Positions 6,626 to 16,642 of a DNA stretch of 47,700 nucleotides are shown here, one piece after another. The stretch spans positions 1 to 47,700 of the forward strand of contig VGKP01000005.1 in NCBI GenBank assembly GCA_016866975.1, read 5' to 3'. Source of the stretch: Candidatus Pacearchaeota archaeon (GTDB lineage Archaea; Nanobdellota; Nanobdellia; Pacearchaeales; GW2011-AR1). Positions within the stretch are counted from its first letter, which is position 1. Each line of letters starts with the position of its first letter. The translations under genes were made by a program, and so were the position numbers. Below the pieces are notes generated by a model, which had not been told where the DNA came from, did not search any database, and saw only the letters and a program-made list of their open reading frames with translations.

Positions 6626-9265
6626 ATGAGAGGCCTTACTGAAAAGGAAGCTAGAGAAAAACTAAAGTTATATGGTTATAATGAGATAAGAGATACATCC
6701 CTCAGTTCACCATTAAAAATACTTTTTAGGCAGATCAAAAAGAACTTTATAATTTATCTTCTTGCTGTTGCAGCATTGCTTTCATTTTTTATAGGAAAGT
6801 CTGTGACTTCTTACACTATTCTTGGAATAATTATACTAGTAGTTACGATAGGGTTCATTCAAGAGTATAGAGCTGAAAAGGTCATAAAATCCCTTAAGCA
6901 GATGATTGTCCCAGTATCCATAATAATTCGTGAAGGTAAGGAAATGGAGATTGTGTCAAGAGAGATTGTTCCTGGAGATATAATTATATTAAGGAGTGGG
7001 GAAAGAGTACCAGCGGATTGCGCGATCCTTGAGCAAAAAGAGCTTCTTGTTAATGAATCCATCCTTACAGGTGAATCGCGGGAAGTATCAAAGTATGTAT
7101 CAAAGGATGAAAAGAACATTTCAGATGAATCGATGTTGTTCATGGGTTCATTTGTGATATCTGGAAAGTGTACTGCCAAGGCATTACATACGGGGATGAA
7201 TACCAAATTTGGCCAGATTGCTGGTATGATTGCTACTGCAGAGAAAAAATTGCCATTGCAAGACAAGGTCAACAGTATCTCAAGATATATGGTTGCTGTA
7301 GCAATTGTCTTTTCTTTTCTAACTGGAATTTTCATGCTTTTAAGCCAGCCATATTCAAATGAGCTTCTGTTAAGTGCAGCAATTCTCGTAATTGCACTCT
7401 CAGTCTCGGCATTTCCAGAAGGATTTCCAGTGGTTCTGATCACCGCTCTTTCCTATGGCGCATATAAGATGGCCAAGAAGAATGCGATCGTGAACAGGAT
7501 GTCTATAATTGAAACATTGGGCGAGTCTACAGTTATTTGTTCCGATAAGACTGGCACAATCACTAAAGGAGAGATGACAGCCAGCAAAATTTTTTATGAT
7601 TGTAAGAAAATAGAAGTCAGTGGGACAGGTTATAACGGAACGGGAAAATTCACCAATATGGGCTCTGATGTAGTGGTAGAAAAAGATCATGTCCTTTCTT
7701 TCTTGTTGAAGGCAGGAGTGATTTGCAATGACTCCACGATACAGAGGACAGGTGAAGACAATGACTATAAGACTATTGGCCTCCCTACCGAGGCAGCACT
7801 CCTTGTATTGGCATCTAAGGCTAGAATATTCAAGGAAGACCTTGAATTCAAAAGGACAGAAGAGATTTTATTTAATTCCGAAAGGAAGATGATGTCTGTC
7901 AGATGTGAATTGGAAGGTAAGAATTATATTTGTACTAAAGGTGCTCCAGAGATATTATTAGACAAGTGCAAATACGTTCAAAGGAAAGAGGGTATTTTTA
8001 CCCTTACACAAAAAGAAAGAAAAAAGATACTTGATATAAACAAGGAATTTGCATCAAGTGCTCTGAGGGCGATAGCACTGGCCTATAAAAAACCAGTGGG
8101 AAAAGAGAAAATAGATGAGAAAGAGCTTATATTCTTAGGACTTGTCGGGATAGAAGATCCCCCAAGAGAAGAAGTAAGACAAGCAATAAAAGAATGTTTT
8201 TATGCTGGAATAAAGGTCAAAATGATCACTGGAGACCAAAGTGATACTGCGCTGGCTATCGCAAAAGAAGTTGGTTTGGTAGGGAAGCATATAGAAGGCT
8301 CACAGATTGAGAAGATGACTGAAGTGGAACTAGCTGCTATTGTAAATGATTATTCAATCTTCACTAGAGTCAAGCCAGAGCATAAGATAAAGATAGTGAA
8401 GGCACTTAAATTTAATGGTGAAGTCGTAGCGATGACAGGAGATGGCGTGAACGACGCACCGGCTCTTAAGGAGGCCCACATAGGTATAGCGATGGGAAAG
8501 AACGGGACTGATGTTTCAAGGTCAGTTGCTGACCTTACATTGAAAGATGATAATTTCTCTACTATTGTCAATGCTATTAGAGAAGGTAGGACTATATTCA
8601 AGAACATAAGAAAATTTGTGAGCTACCAGCTTTCATGCAATTATGCGGAACTGACAATACTCTTTATTGGTGTAATACTTGCTCCTTTCCTAGGTTGGCA
8701 GGTCCCTTTGCTCCTCGCATTGCAGATATTATTTATGAACATAGTTACAGATGACCTTCCTGCGATAACTCTTTCCTTGACTCCAGCCCCCAAGGATATT
8801 ATGAGAGAAAAGCCAAGAAAAGACCAGCATATATTGCATAAGCATCTCTTCCTATGGATGATAATATCCTCTTCATTGATGGCATTGTTCACTCTCACAG
8901 CCTTCTTCATTGCATTCAACTTGCTCGGGCAGGATACTTCTACAGCTAGAACTGCCGCATTGCTTACACTTATTTTATTAGAGATAATGAGTGCTTATAA
9001 TTTCTTATCATATAAGGCTCCTGTGATTTTTTCCACACTTTTTGAGAACAAATATCTATTCATTGCATCAATTATATCTTTACTGGCTACCCTTGCAATA
9101 ATATATACTCCTTTGAATGTTGTATTTGAGACAGTTCCATTAAGCCCGACTTACTGGATGATATCCGTGGTTTTTTCAATCTTGATAATTGGATTTTTCA
9201 ACTTTTTCAAAGGTATAAACAATAAAATGAACCTATTTGACCTTGATAAAGAAAGAAAAAACTAA
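6626..9265 (+). CDS. P-type cation-transporting ATPase (P2A, Ca2+-ATPase-like)
   Basis: TGES, PEGFP, DKTGT phosphorylation site, KGAPE, MITGD, GDGVNDAPAL, and about 10 TM segments. Confidence 0.95.
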   Translation: MRGLTEKEAREKLKLYGYNEIRDTSLSSPLKILFRQIKKNFIIYLLAVAALLSFFIGKSVTSYTILGIIILVVTIGFIQEYRAEKVIKSLKQMIVPVSIIIREGKEMEIVSREIVPGDIIILRSGERVPADCAILEQKELLVNESILTGESREVSKYVSKDEKNISDESMLFMGSFVISGKCTAKALHTGMNTKFGQIAGMIATAEKKLPLQDKVNSISRYMVAVAIVFSFLTGIFMLLSQPYSNELLLSAAILVIALSVSAFPEGFPVVLITALSYGAYKMAKKNAIVNRMSIIETLGESTVICSDKTGTITKGEMTASKIFYDCKKIEVSGTGYNGTGKFTNMGSDVVVEKDHVLSFLLKAGVICNDSTIQRTGEDNDYKTIGLPTEAALLVLASKARIFKEDLEFKRTEEILFNSERKMMSVRCELEGKNYICTKGAPEILLDKCKYVQRKEGIFTLTQKERKKILDINKEFASSALRAIALAYKKPVGKEKIDEKELIFLGLVGIEDPPREEVRQAIKECFYAGIKVKMITGDQSDTALAIAKEVGLVGKHIEGSQIEKMTEVELAAIVNDYSIFTRVKPEHKIKIVKALKFNGEVVAMTGDGVNDAPALKEAHIGIAMGKNGTDVSRSVADLTLKDDNFSTIVNAIREGRTIFKNIRKFVSYQLSCNYAELTILFIGVILAPFLGWQVPLLLALQILFMNIVTDDLPAITLSLTPAPKDIMREKPRKDQHILHKHLFLWMIISSSLMALFTLTAFFIAFNLLGQDTSTARTAALLTLILLEIMSAYNFLSYKAPVIFSTLFENKYLFIASIISLLATLAIIYTPLNVVFETVPLSPTYWMISVVFSILIIGFFNFFKGINNKMNLFDLDKERKN

Positions 9266-9298
9266 GCTTTTTAAAGCCACTTTCAGTTATTCACCAGC

Positions 9299-9880
9299 AT
9301 GCCGTTAAAAAATGTACATTACAAGCACCCTTGGCACGATATACCGATAGGGGATAAATCTCCAATTATAGTTAATGCAATCATAGAGATACCTAAGGAT
9401 GGCCATCTCAAGTATGAGTTAGATAAAGACTCTGGAATGTTGAAGTTGGATCGTTTCTTATATTCTGCTGTACACTATCCTGGCGATTATGGGTTTGTCC
9501 CTCAGACACTTTGGGATGATGAAGACCCTCTTGATATAGTAATTCTCACCCATAGATCAGTATTGCCTATGACTCTGGTCTCAGTGAGAATAATAGGTAT
9601 ACTTAGGATGATAGATGGAGAAGAGAAGGATGATAAGCTCATCGGAGTTTATGATTGTGACCCCAGATATGTAGAGTTCCAAAGCATCAAAGATGTTCCT
9701 AGGCATATGATCGCAGAACTTAAGCATTTCTTCGAGACATACAAGGAACTGCAAGGCAAGAAATGCAAAATACTTCAGATTCTAGACAAGCAAGTGGCAT
9801 ATAAGGACATTGAAATAGCAAGAAAATTGTATGACTTGAAATTCAGGCCAGATATACTTGCCAATATTCAGAAAAATTGA
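9299..9880 (+). CDS. ppa: Family I inorganic pyrophosphatase
   Basis: HPWHD, KYELDK, YPGDYGFVPQT, DEDPLD, DDKLI and FFETYK. Confidence 0.97.
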   Translation: MPLKNVHYKHPWHDIPIGDKSPIIVNAIIEIPKDGHLKYELDKDSGMLKLDRFLYSAVHYPGDYGFVPQTLWDDEDPLDIVILTHRSVLPMTLVSVRIIGILRMIDGEEKDDKLIGVYDCDPRYVEFQSIKDVPRHMIAELKHFFETYKELQGKKCKILQILDKQVAYKDIEIARKLYDLKFRPDILANIQKN

Positions 9881-9929
9881 TTTTTCTCTTCTCACGATGC
9901 CTTTGAAAATCGGCCATTATTGAATGCGA

Positions 9930-10829
9930 TTACATTGCATTCAATCTTCTTATGCGCTCATCAACTGGGGGATGAGTAGAGAAAAGGCTTGAAAGCTTAT
10001 TCCTGAATGGATCGGACATAAACAACGGTGCGGTCTCTCTTGCTATTCTCTTTGCATCATCTGAAGTCAGATGATCAGTCTTTATTTTTTGCAAAGCAGA
10101 TGCAAGTCCTTTAGGATATCTTGTGAACTTGACTCCTGTTGCATCTGCAGTATACTCTCTTTTTCTGGAGATTGCAAGCGCGACAAGCTGGGCGAATATT
10201 GGCGCAAGAATTGCTACGACAATACCTACTATAAGCAATATTGCTCCAGTTCTGCTATCCCTATTATCTGATGAGAACCAGAAACTTCTAAGTAATATCT
10301 CGGCAGCTATTGAAATCATGCCTATCAGGACAGTAGCTAGTGTCATGAATCTTATGTCAAAATTGGCTATATGTGCCATCTCATGTGCAATCACGCCTTC
10401 TAATTCTTGCTTGTTCAGCTTTTCCAATGCTCCAGTAGTCACACAGATGACTGCATTTCCCGGATTGCGGCCAGATGCAAACGCATTTATCTGATTCGCT
10501 TCCATAACATAGACTCTTGGCACAGGCAATCCTGACGCAAGAGCCATATTCTCCACAGAATGCATGAGTTGCCTATGATGGATTGAAGAGGCTGGCTTTG
10601 CATGAACAGAAGCAAGAGCAATCTTGTCAGAATAATAATATCCAAACCATGTATACAATAAGGAAACAATTATCGAGATTATCATCACAATAAAGAATAA
10701 GCTTGGATTGAGTATTCTTGCAATAAGGAATCCTATCAGTACAAAAGTTACTATTATAGTCCCCATTAATACTACTGATTTAGCCTTGTTTCTGGCAATT
10801 TGATCTTCGAAAGATAGTCTTTCTGTCAT
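9930..10829 (-). CDS. htpX: M48-family zinc metalloprotease HtpX
   Basis: NAFASG, HEMAH (HExxH), SRKREYTADA and STHPP. Start moved from 10907 to ATG 10829 (MTERLSF). Confidence 0.92.
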   Translation of the reverse strand: MTERLSFEDQIARNKAKSVVLMGTIIVTFVLIGFLIARILNPSLFFIVMIISIIVSLLYTWFGYYYSDKIALASVHAKPASSIHHRQLMHSVENMALASGLPVPRVYVMEANQINAFASGRNPGNAVICVTTGALEKLNKQELEGVIAHEMAHIANFDIRFMTLATVLIGMISIAAEILLRSFWFSSDNRDSRTGAILLIVGIVVAILAPIFAQLVALAISRKREYTADATGVKFTRYPKGLASALQKIKTDHLTSDDAKRIARETAPLFMSDPFRNKLSSLFSTHPPVDERIRRLNAM

Positions 10830-10945
10830 AAAACAAAGAGTGAATAAGAGTATAAAAATCTTGGTCTTAGAGAGCTCTAGAAAAAAATTCTTACAATCTT
10901 CCCGCATTCAAAAAACATTTTAAAGGCCATTTACTGCCTATCTCA

Positions 10946-11851
10946 ATGATAAAAGTCCTTTTATTTTATAAGTATGTGCATATAGATGACCCTGTTTCTT
11001 TCAAAGAAGAGCACTTGAGGAAATGCCTAAATCTTGATATAAAAGGAAGGATACTAGTCGCAAAAGAAGGTATAAATGGTTCTGTGGCTGGCTCCCATGA
11101 ACAAGTAAACAAGTACAAAGATATGTTAAATTCAGACTCAAGATTCTCAGATATAGTCTTCAAGGAAGATGATTCGATAAGCATACCTTTCAAGAAAATG
11201 ATAGTGAAAATCAAGAAAGAGATAGTGAATTTTGGAAAAGAAGTAAATTTGTCTTTGACAGGGAAGAATCTCTCTCCAAGAGAATTTCTTGAGATCTACC
11301 AAAGGTATCCTGAAAAAATAGGTGATGAGATAATAATCCTTGATGCAAGGAACGATTATGAAGCAAAAGTGGGGAAATTCAAGAAAGCTAATACTTTGGA
11401 TATCTCAAAATTCAGAGATTTCCCAGAAGCAGTCAGGACATTGTCAGAAAAGAAAAATAAGAAAATAATAATGTATTGCACGGGCGGGATAAGATGCGAA
11501 AAAGCCTCCGCTTATTTAAGGCAAGAAGGCTTCTCAGATGTCTCTCAGTTGAAAGGTGGAATACTTTCATTTGGCAAAGAGTTCCCAGATACGGTATGGG
11601 AAGGCTCTTGTTTTGTATTCGACAAAAGGCTTGTCAGCAGCATAAATTCAGAAAATAAGCCTATCACTTCATGCTCTCATTGCAATGTGCCCTGTGATCT
11701 TGTGAAAAATTGCGCAAAGTTTGATTGCGACTCATTTTGTACAATTTGTATAGACTGTGAAATTAGATATTTAGGATGCTGCTCTCAGCAATGCTTCAGA
11801 TTAAAAATGGAAAATCAGTTGCAATGCTCCAATCCCCAAGCTAGAAGATGA
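10946..11851 (+). CDS. trhO: Rhodanese-domain UPF0176 protein, tRNA U34 hydroxylase TrhO-like
   Basis: KGRILVAKEGING, LDARNDYE..VGKF, YCTGGIRCEKAS, GSCFVFD and a Cys-rich C-terminus. Confidence 0.88.
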   Translation: MIKVLLFYKYVHIDDPVSFKEEHLRKCLNLDIKGRILVAKEGINGSVAGSHEQVNKYKDMLNSDSRFSDIVFKEDDSISIPFKKMIVKIKKEIVNFGKEVNLSLTGKNLSPREFLEIYQRYPEKIGDEIIILDARNDYEAKVGKFKKANTLDISKFRDFPEAVRTLSEKKNKKIIMYCTGGIRCEKASAYLRQEGFSDVSQLKGGILSFGKEFPDTVWEGSCFVFDKRLVSSINSENKPITSCSHCNVPCDLVKNCAKFDCDSFCTICIDCEIRYLGCCSQQCFRLKMENQLQCSNPQARR

Positions 11852-12828
11852 TTATCTTTGTGCCCTCCAGTGAAATTGATATAATAATCTAAGTATCTCC
11901 GGCATCTTGAGAAATTCTGCTCTGCTCGTGTCGCATATTTCTCAGCCTTAAGGGGAAAATAAGACTCTTCAAAATAATCTATAAGATACCTTGCGGATAA
12001 TTCTAAAGTAATCAAGGACATAGCATTTTTTGCCTCACTTGCGCTTATTTCAAAGCATGACTCTGACCTATACCCTCTTAATGCTGAGTTGAAGACATCA
12101 GGCATGAATTCTGAAGTTGAAGGCTTCTTTCTGCACCAGCTTCTGAGTGCGTCTCCGACATCGAGAAGAGGTGAGGCAAACATCAATGTATCTAAGTCAA
12201 GCAAAGATATTGCTTTACCATCTCTGAAAAGAAAATTATTGAATTTGGGGTCTCCATGGATAACTATTTTTTCAATGTCTTTGGAAAGAGTATGAGACTC
12301 TATCATATTAGATATTAAGGCATACTCTCTCTTTGCTCTTTCTGCTTTTATTGCAAATGTAGGAGCGGAATAAACAGACCTGAGTTTAGTTATTATTGAG
12401 GGAGTATCGTGAAAACCTTCAAGCATAAAAGATGGCTTAAATTTCGCCTTAGCCATGGAAGAGTGGAATTTGCCAAGTAACGCTCCAGCCTCAAAAGCAA
12501 GTTCAGGCGTTGGACTCTCAACACGATCATGGGGTATGTACTCGAATGCTCTCCATATGCACCTTTCCTTCATAAAATAAGGACTCCCGTCTCTGTCATT
12601 TAAAAGGACGGGTACATGAACTCCTGAGGTTCGCAAATAAGTTTGTACCGCCCTATAATCATCAATCACTCGAGCATCCCAAATTGGAGAGAGTTTCTGC
12701 AGGACGAATTGGCCCTGTGCCGTCTTGATTCTAAAAGACTGGTTTATAAGTCCGTTCTCAAGAGGTTTACTTTCCTCAATGCTCCCTAATCCAAACTGCT
12801 CAACAATCTCAGTCATAAGTGAATCCAT
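11815..12828 (-). CDS. Aminoglycoside phosphotransferase-like kinase (N-acetylhexosamine kinase-like)
   Basis: GLINQSF, FVLQKL, catalytic HGDPKFNNFLF and LLDLDT. Convergent 37-bp overlap with trhO. Confidence 0.85.
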   Translation of the reverse strand: MDSLMTEIVEQFGLGSIEESKPLENGLINQSFRIKTAQGQFVLQKLSPIWDARVIDDYRAVQTYLRTSGVHVPVLLNDRDGSPYFMKERCIWRAFEYIPHDRVESPTPELAFEAGALLGKFHSSMAKAKFKPSFMLEGFHDTPSIITKLRSVYSAPTFAIKAERAKREYALISNMIESHTLSKDIEKIVIHGDPKFNNFLFRDGKAISLLDLDTLMFASPLLDVGDALRSWCRKKPSTSEFMPDVFNSALRGYRSESCFEISASEAKNAMSLITLELSARYLIDYFEESYFPLKAEKYATRAEQNFSRCRRYLDYYINFTGGHKDNHLLAWGLEHCN

Positions 12829-12870
12829 CTCCTATATAAAAAAACTAAGTATTTAATAATTTTTAATAAA

Positions 12871-12889
12871 TTTATAACTACATTATAAA
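12871..12889. promoter_or_regulatory. Inverted repeat TTTATAA-CTACA-TTATAAA in a divergent promoter region
   Basis: Perfect 7+7 inverted repeat between the kinase and HTH genes. The AT-rich context makes chance occurrence or two back-to-back TATA boxes possible. Confidence 0.3.
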
Positions 12890-12922
12890 AATATTTATAA
12901 ATAGATAATTAGTAGGAAGGAT

Positions 12923-13837
12923 ATGAAAGTTCTTAAGCAAGAACAGAGCAGGACACTTACACTGAACGCGCAAGAGATAGATTCACAGGGGTCAAGTATC
13001 CTGGGCAATCCTATCGCACTTAAAATATTGAAAGAATTGCATAATGAGTCTATGTATCCTAAAAGACTGGCCAAGAAGATGAAAGTTCATGAGCAAAAAG
13101 TATACTATTATATCCATCATCTGGAGAAAGCTAAACTTGTCAAGATTGTCAAGGAAGAAAGACTACAGGGCATTGTTGCTAAATGGTACTCTCCAGTCTC
13201 AGATTCATTTGTGATACCTATAGGTTCATTTCAGGAAAGCTCGAAGATAAAAGAACATAAGTCAGGATTTCTTTATCCATTCATCTCAGAAGGGACTCTC
13301 AATGCAATGATATTAGTCGGAAGTCCTGACCCTCACGGCCCTCTTAAGGCTCGTAGTCGCGATGGATATTTTGGAATGGATCTCGCATTATTTTTAGGAA
13401 CATTTCTCACTCATGTTCCAGAAAGCAAAGTAAAGCTTGACACTGAAGTCCAGGAAAAAGACTTAGAGCAGAATAACTTAATTGTGATTGGAGGGCCTAT
13501 AGTGAACAAAGTGGCGGAAAGCATAGGTAAAAGGATGCCTATATATTTTGACGAAGAAAAGAAAGGTTTCTATTCATCAATTACAAAGAGACTTTATGTG
13601 CATGAAGAAATAGGTGTCATAAATAAATGCAAGAATCCATTTAATGATAAGAAAGAACTACTCTATATTGCAGGAATAAGGAATGCAGGTACAAAAGCAG
13701 CCATACTTTCATTTCTCAAGGACTTCAAGGATATCGAGAAGGGGAATCAGAAAGACTCCAAGATTTTTTGCAAAGTTGTAGAAGGTATTGACCTTGATTC
13801 CGACGGAATAGTAGACAGCATAGAATTCCTAGAATGA
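12923..13837 (+). CDS. ArsR-like HTH protein with C-terminal S-layer-like (NLIVIGGPxVN) domain
   Basis: N-terminal ILKEL...YPKRLAKKMKVHEQKVYYYIHHLEKAKLV HTH; C-terminal NLIVIGGPIVNKV and IAGIRNAGTKAA. Confidence 0.75.
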   Translation: MKVLKQEQSRTLTLNAQEIDSQGSSILGNPIALKILKELHNESMYPKRLAKKMKVHEQKVYYYIHHLEKAKLVKIVKEERLQGIVAKWYSPVSDSFVIPIGSFQESSKIKEHKSGFLYPFISEGTLNAMILVGSPDPHGPLKARSRDGYFGMDLALFLGTFLTHVPESKVKLDTEVQEKDLEQNNLIVIGGPIVNKVAESIGKRMPIYFDEEKKGFYSSITKRLYVHEEIGVINKCKNPFNDKKELLYIAGIRNAGTKAAILSFLKDFKDIEKGNQKDSKIFCKVVEGIDLDSDGIVDSIEFLE

Positions 13838-15622
13838 TTAAATCTTTCTCAATCTCTTTGCAAGATTTTCGGCCTCTTTTACATTACCATCAAATTCGTC
13901 AAGACCTTTGAACCAAAAATCTCTCTTGGATATATCTATCCCCATTTTAAGGAATATTTCTTTTGGAGATGCAGATGTCCCTGCCCTTAGGAACTCCTTA
14001 ACCTTTTCTATATATTTCGGATCTTTCTTCACTTCATTCTGCAATGATTTGGAGATAAGCAGGCCAGAGGCATAAGAATAGTTATAGAAATATGTCCTTA
14101 TATGTCTCCAGTACACCCACCAATTTTCGCACCCTGATGCATTTTCCCCTAGATATGAAGTCATATGTTTTGAGAATATTTTTCCTATCTCTTCCTTAGA
14201 TAGATATCCCTTCTTTCTGAATTCCTCATGGATTTCCTGCTCAAACCTGTAACAGGCTATCTGCCTAAATATTGTTGACACATCATCCTGTAATCTTCTC
14301 ATCATGATCTCAAGTCTCATTTCATCATCGGCCTCCTTCTCTACTTCTTGTACTACAAAATCCTCCATGAATGTGCTTGCTACTTCTGCTGTAGATAGCA
14401 ATGTGCCGAAATTAAGGGAATGTTGTTTTTTCATCAGCTCACTATTTACAGCATGTCCCATCTCATGGGCGATTACAATTACATCTCTAAGAGAATCAAT
14501 ATGATTTAGGAGGACATATGTTGGCATTGTCACTAAGTCATCTGAGCAGAAAGCTCCATCTCTTTTCCCTTTGCCAGGAAAAGCATCTATCTGCCCATTC
14601 TTTATGAAATTATCCAGTATTTCTGCAAACTCTTTATCAAGAGATGAGAATACTTTCCTCACAAGACTAAGTGCTTCAGGATAAGGATATTTCTTCTCTG
14701 AAGAACCTGCAAGATAAAGCACATTTCTTTCAGGATAAGTAAAACTCTTGACCTTTAAGAGCTTGGCTTTCAGGGCGTATAATCTCTTTACAGATTCAAA
14801 TCTTGACGCAACAGCTTCAGCCAATGTGTCTACAACACTGCTATCTAAGTCGTCATCTATGTGTCTCGAAGCATCTGGTCTGGGCAGCTTTCTCAATTCA
14901 TCATCTATCTTCTTGTTCTTCAGTACAGCATTTAATTCGTGCTCGGCCACATTTATATTCTTGAGAAGTATATCGTTGAAAGCGTTGGCAGCGCTGTCTC
15001 TTACCTTTTTATCATTACTCTTTAGCAAGTTGTCTATCTCAGAGAAATTCTTGATTGTCTTCTTGCCATCCTCTCCAAAAACTTCTCTCTCTTCACTTGA
15101 AAGGAACTGCTGCACCATATCTACCCAATTAGTGTATGCTACATCTGCTTTTAGACTGAGAATATTTTCTTCCTTCTCGCTCAATATGTACTTTGCCTGA
15201 GAAAAGCATCTCTCAAGATAATGCTTATATCTATCAAGCCCTTTGTCAGTAAGCATCTTCTTCTGGACTTCTAAAGGGATCTTTCCTATCTTAAGATTGA
15301 AGAACCTTATCTCATTTTCCATCTTTCTTGCAAACTCAAGAGCTTGGCTAAACTTTGCTTTTACATTTGGATTTTCCTGCTCCTGAGATGATCTCAATGA
15401 AAAATAAAAGACTATTCCTCCTTCGACACCATGATGCCTCATAAGAAGTTCAAAATCGTCTAGGGCTTCTCTCAGTATTTTAGGGTCGTTGAGATAATCA
15501 TCTCTGGATGCCCATTTCACCCTAAATTTTTCAATAGCTTTCCTTACATCCTCTTTTCTATTCTCGATCTTAGGATCATTGTCATTCTTGAATAGCTTGG
15601 AAAGGTCCCATTTTTCAGACAT
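13838..15622 (-). CDS. pepF: M3-family oligoendopeptidase F
   Basis: WDLSKLF start, GKRDGAFC, HEMGH, AEVASTFME, HIRTYFYNYSYASG. Start taken at MSEKW (15622); the ORF track gives 15637. Confidence 0.92.
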   Translation of the reverse strand: MSEKWDLSKLFKNDNDPKIENRKEDVRKAIEKFRVKWASRDDYLNDPKILREALDDFELLMRHHGVEGGIVFYFSLRSSQEQENPNVKAKFSQALEFARKMENEIRFFNLKIGKIPLEVQKKMLTDKGLDRYKHYLERCFSQAKYILSEKEENILSLKADVAYTNWVDMVQQFLSSEEREVFGEDGKKTIKNFSEIDNLLKSNDKKVRDSAANAFNDILLKNINVAEHELNAVLKNKKIDDELRKLPRPDASRHIDDDLDSSVVDTLAEAVASRFESVKRLYALKAKLLKVKSFTYPERNVLYLAGSSEKKYPYPEALSLVRKVFSSLDKEFAEILDNFIKNGQIDAFPGKGKRDGAFCSDDLVTMPTYVLLNHIDSLRDVIVIAHEMGHAVNSELMKKQHSLNFGTLLSTAEVASTFMEDFVVQEVEKEADDEMRLEIMMRRLQDDVSTIFRQIACYRFEQEIHEEFRKKGYLSKEEIGKIFSKHMTSYLGENASGCENWWVYWRHIRTYFYNYSYASGLLISKSLQNEVKKDPKYIEKVKEFLRAGTSASPKEIFLKMGIDISKRDFWFKGLDEFDGNVKEAENLAKRLRKI

Positions 15623-15745
15623 TGCAGATAAAAACATTAAATGATTATAAAGATGTTGGTGCTACGTAGTTCTCAAATACTCTCCAGAGAGTATAAGTTT
15701 TCCAGACAGAAAAATCTTTAAAAACCCTGTTTTCGTAATCTCTAT

Positions 15746-16624
15746 ATGGAATCAAAAGAGGTATTCAGGTATATAGGCCTTATATTTTTTTCAATTATAC
15801 TTATACTCTCCCTAATAACTGCCATAACTGCCACAAGCGCAAGAGTTTTCCTGAATCCTTCGATTTATGAAAGTGCATTTGAGAAATCAAACGCTTTTGA
15901 GACACTTGCTAAATCAGCCATTCCACAGGACTCTCCACAGAACATACCTTCAGAAGAACTAAAAAATCAAGGCAACCAATTAATAAGAAATCTTCTTTCT
16001 TATCTCAAGTCAGAGACGCAGACTCTGAATCTTACAATAGTTATACAGCCATCCTTGATAAAATCAATCTTAGCAGAAAGAGTTGAGAAAGCCAGGGTCT
16101 GCAATCAGAATGAGTCTCCATATATCTCGGGAAAGCTTGTCTGCAAGCCAAGTGGTGTGCCAAATGATGTCCTTGTCAACCAAGCATTTATAGAGGGAGG
16201 GTTTTCCGAGGACAAGCCATTGATTGTAGACTTAGGAAAGATGAATGGGGATAACAATGCCATGTTCCAAGATTTAAGAGGATATATTTCAGGCATGCAG
16301 TCTGCAAAGATTATATCTTGGATCGTAGTGATCATCTCCCTGATAGCAATATTTTTCCTTTGCTCAACATACCCGTCTAGAATGAGATGGATTGGCGCGC
16401 CATTGATAATAGCAGGAATATTCTTGATGGGAGTCGTACAAGGAGTGGCAGCAGCAATAGATGACGCCTTAAATAATCCTCAGATAGCACAGGTTCTTCA
16501 GACAGTATTCAAAGAGATAGTCAAGCCGTTTCAATCGAGCATGTTCATTTTCAGCATAATATCTGGAATACTAGGCATATTGCTATTTGCATCCTCATTT
16601 TTCTTAAAGCCTAAAACTAAATGA
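15746..16624 (+). CDS. Hypothetical membrane protein (N-terminal TM plus three C-terminal TMs)
   Basis: Hydrophobic segments at about aa 8-30, 190-206, 214-235 and 265-287 flank a soluble domain containing two Cys. Confidence 0.8.
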   Translation: MESKEVFRYIGLIFFSIILILSLITAITATSARVFLNPSIYESAFEKSNAFETLAKSAIPQDSPQNIPSEELKNQGNQLIRNLLSYLKSETQTLNLTIVIQPSLIKSILAERVEKARVCNQNESPYISGKLVCKPSGVPNDVLVNQAFIEGGFSEDKPLIVDLGKMNGDNNAMFQDLRGYISGMQSAKIISWIVVIISLIAIFFLCSTYPSRMRWIGAPLIIAGIFLMGVVQGVAAAIDDALNNPQIAQVLQTVFKEIVKPFQSSMFIFSIISGILGILLFASSFFLKPKTK

Positions 16625-16642
16625 CTAATTGGAAATAGTTGC

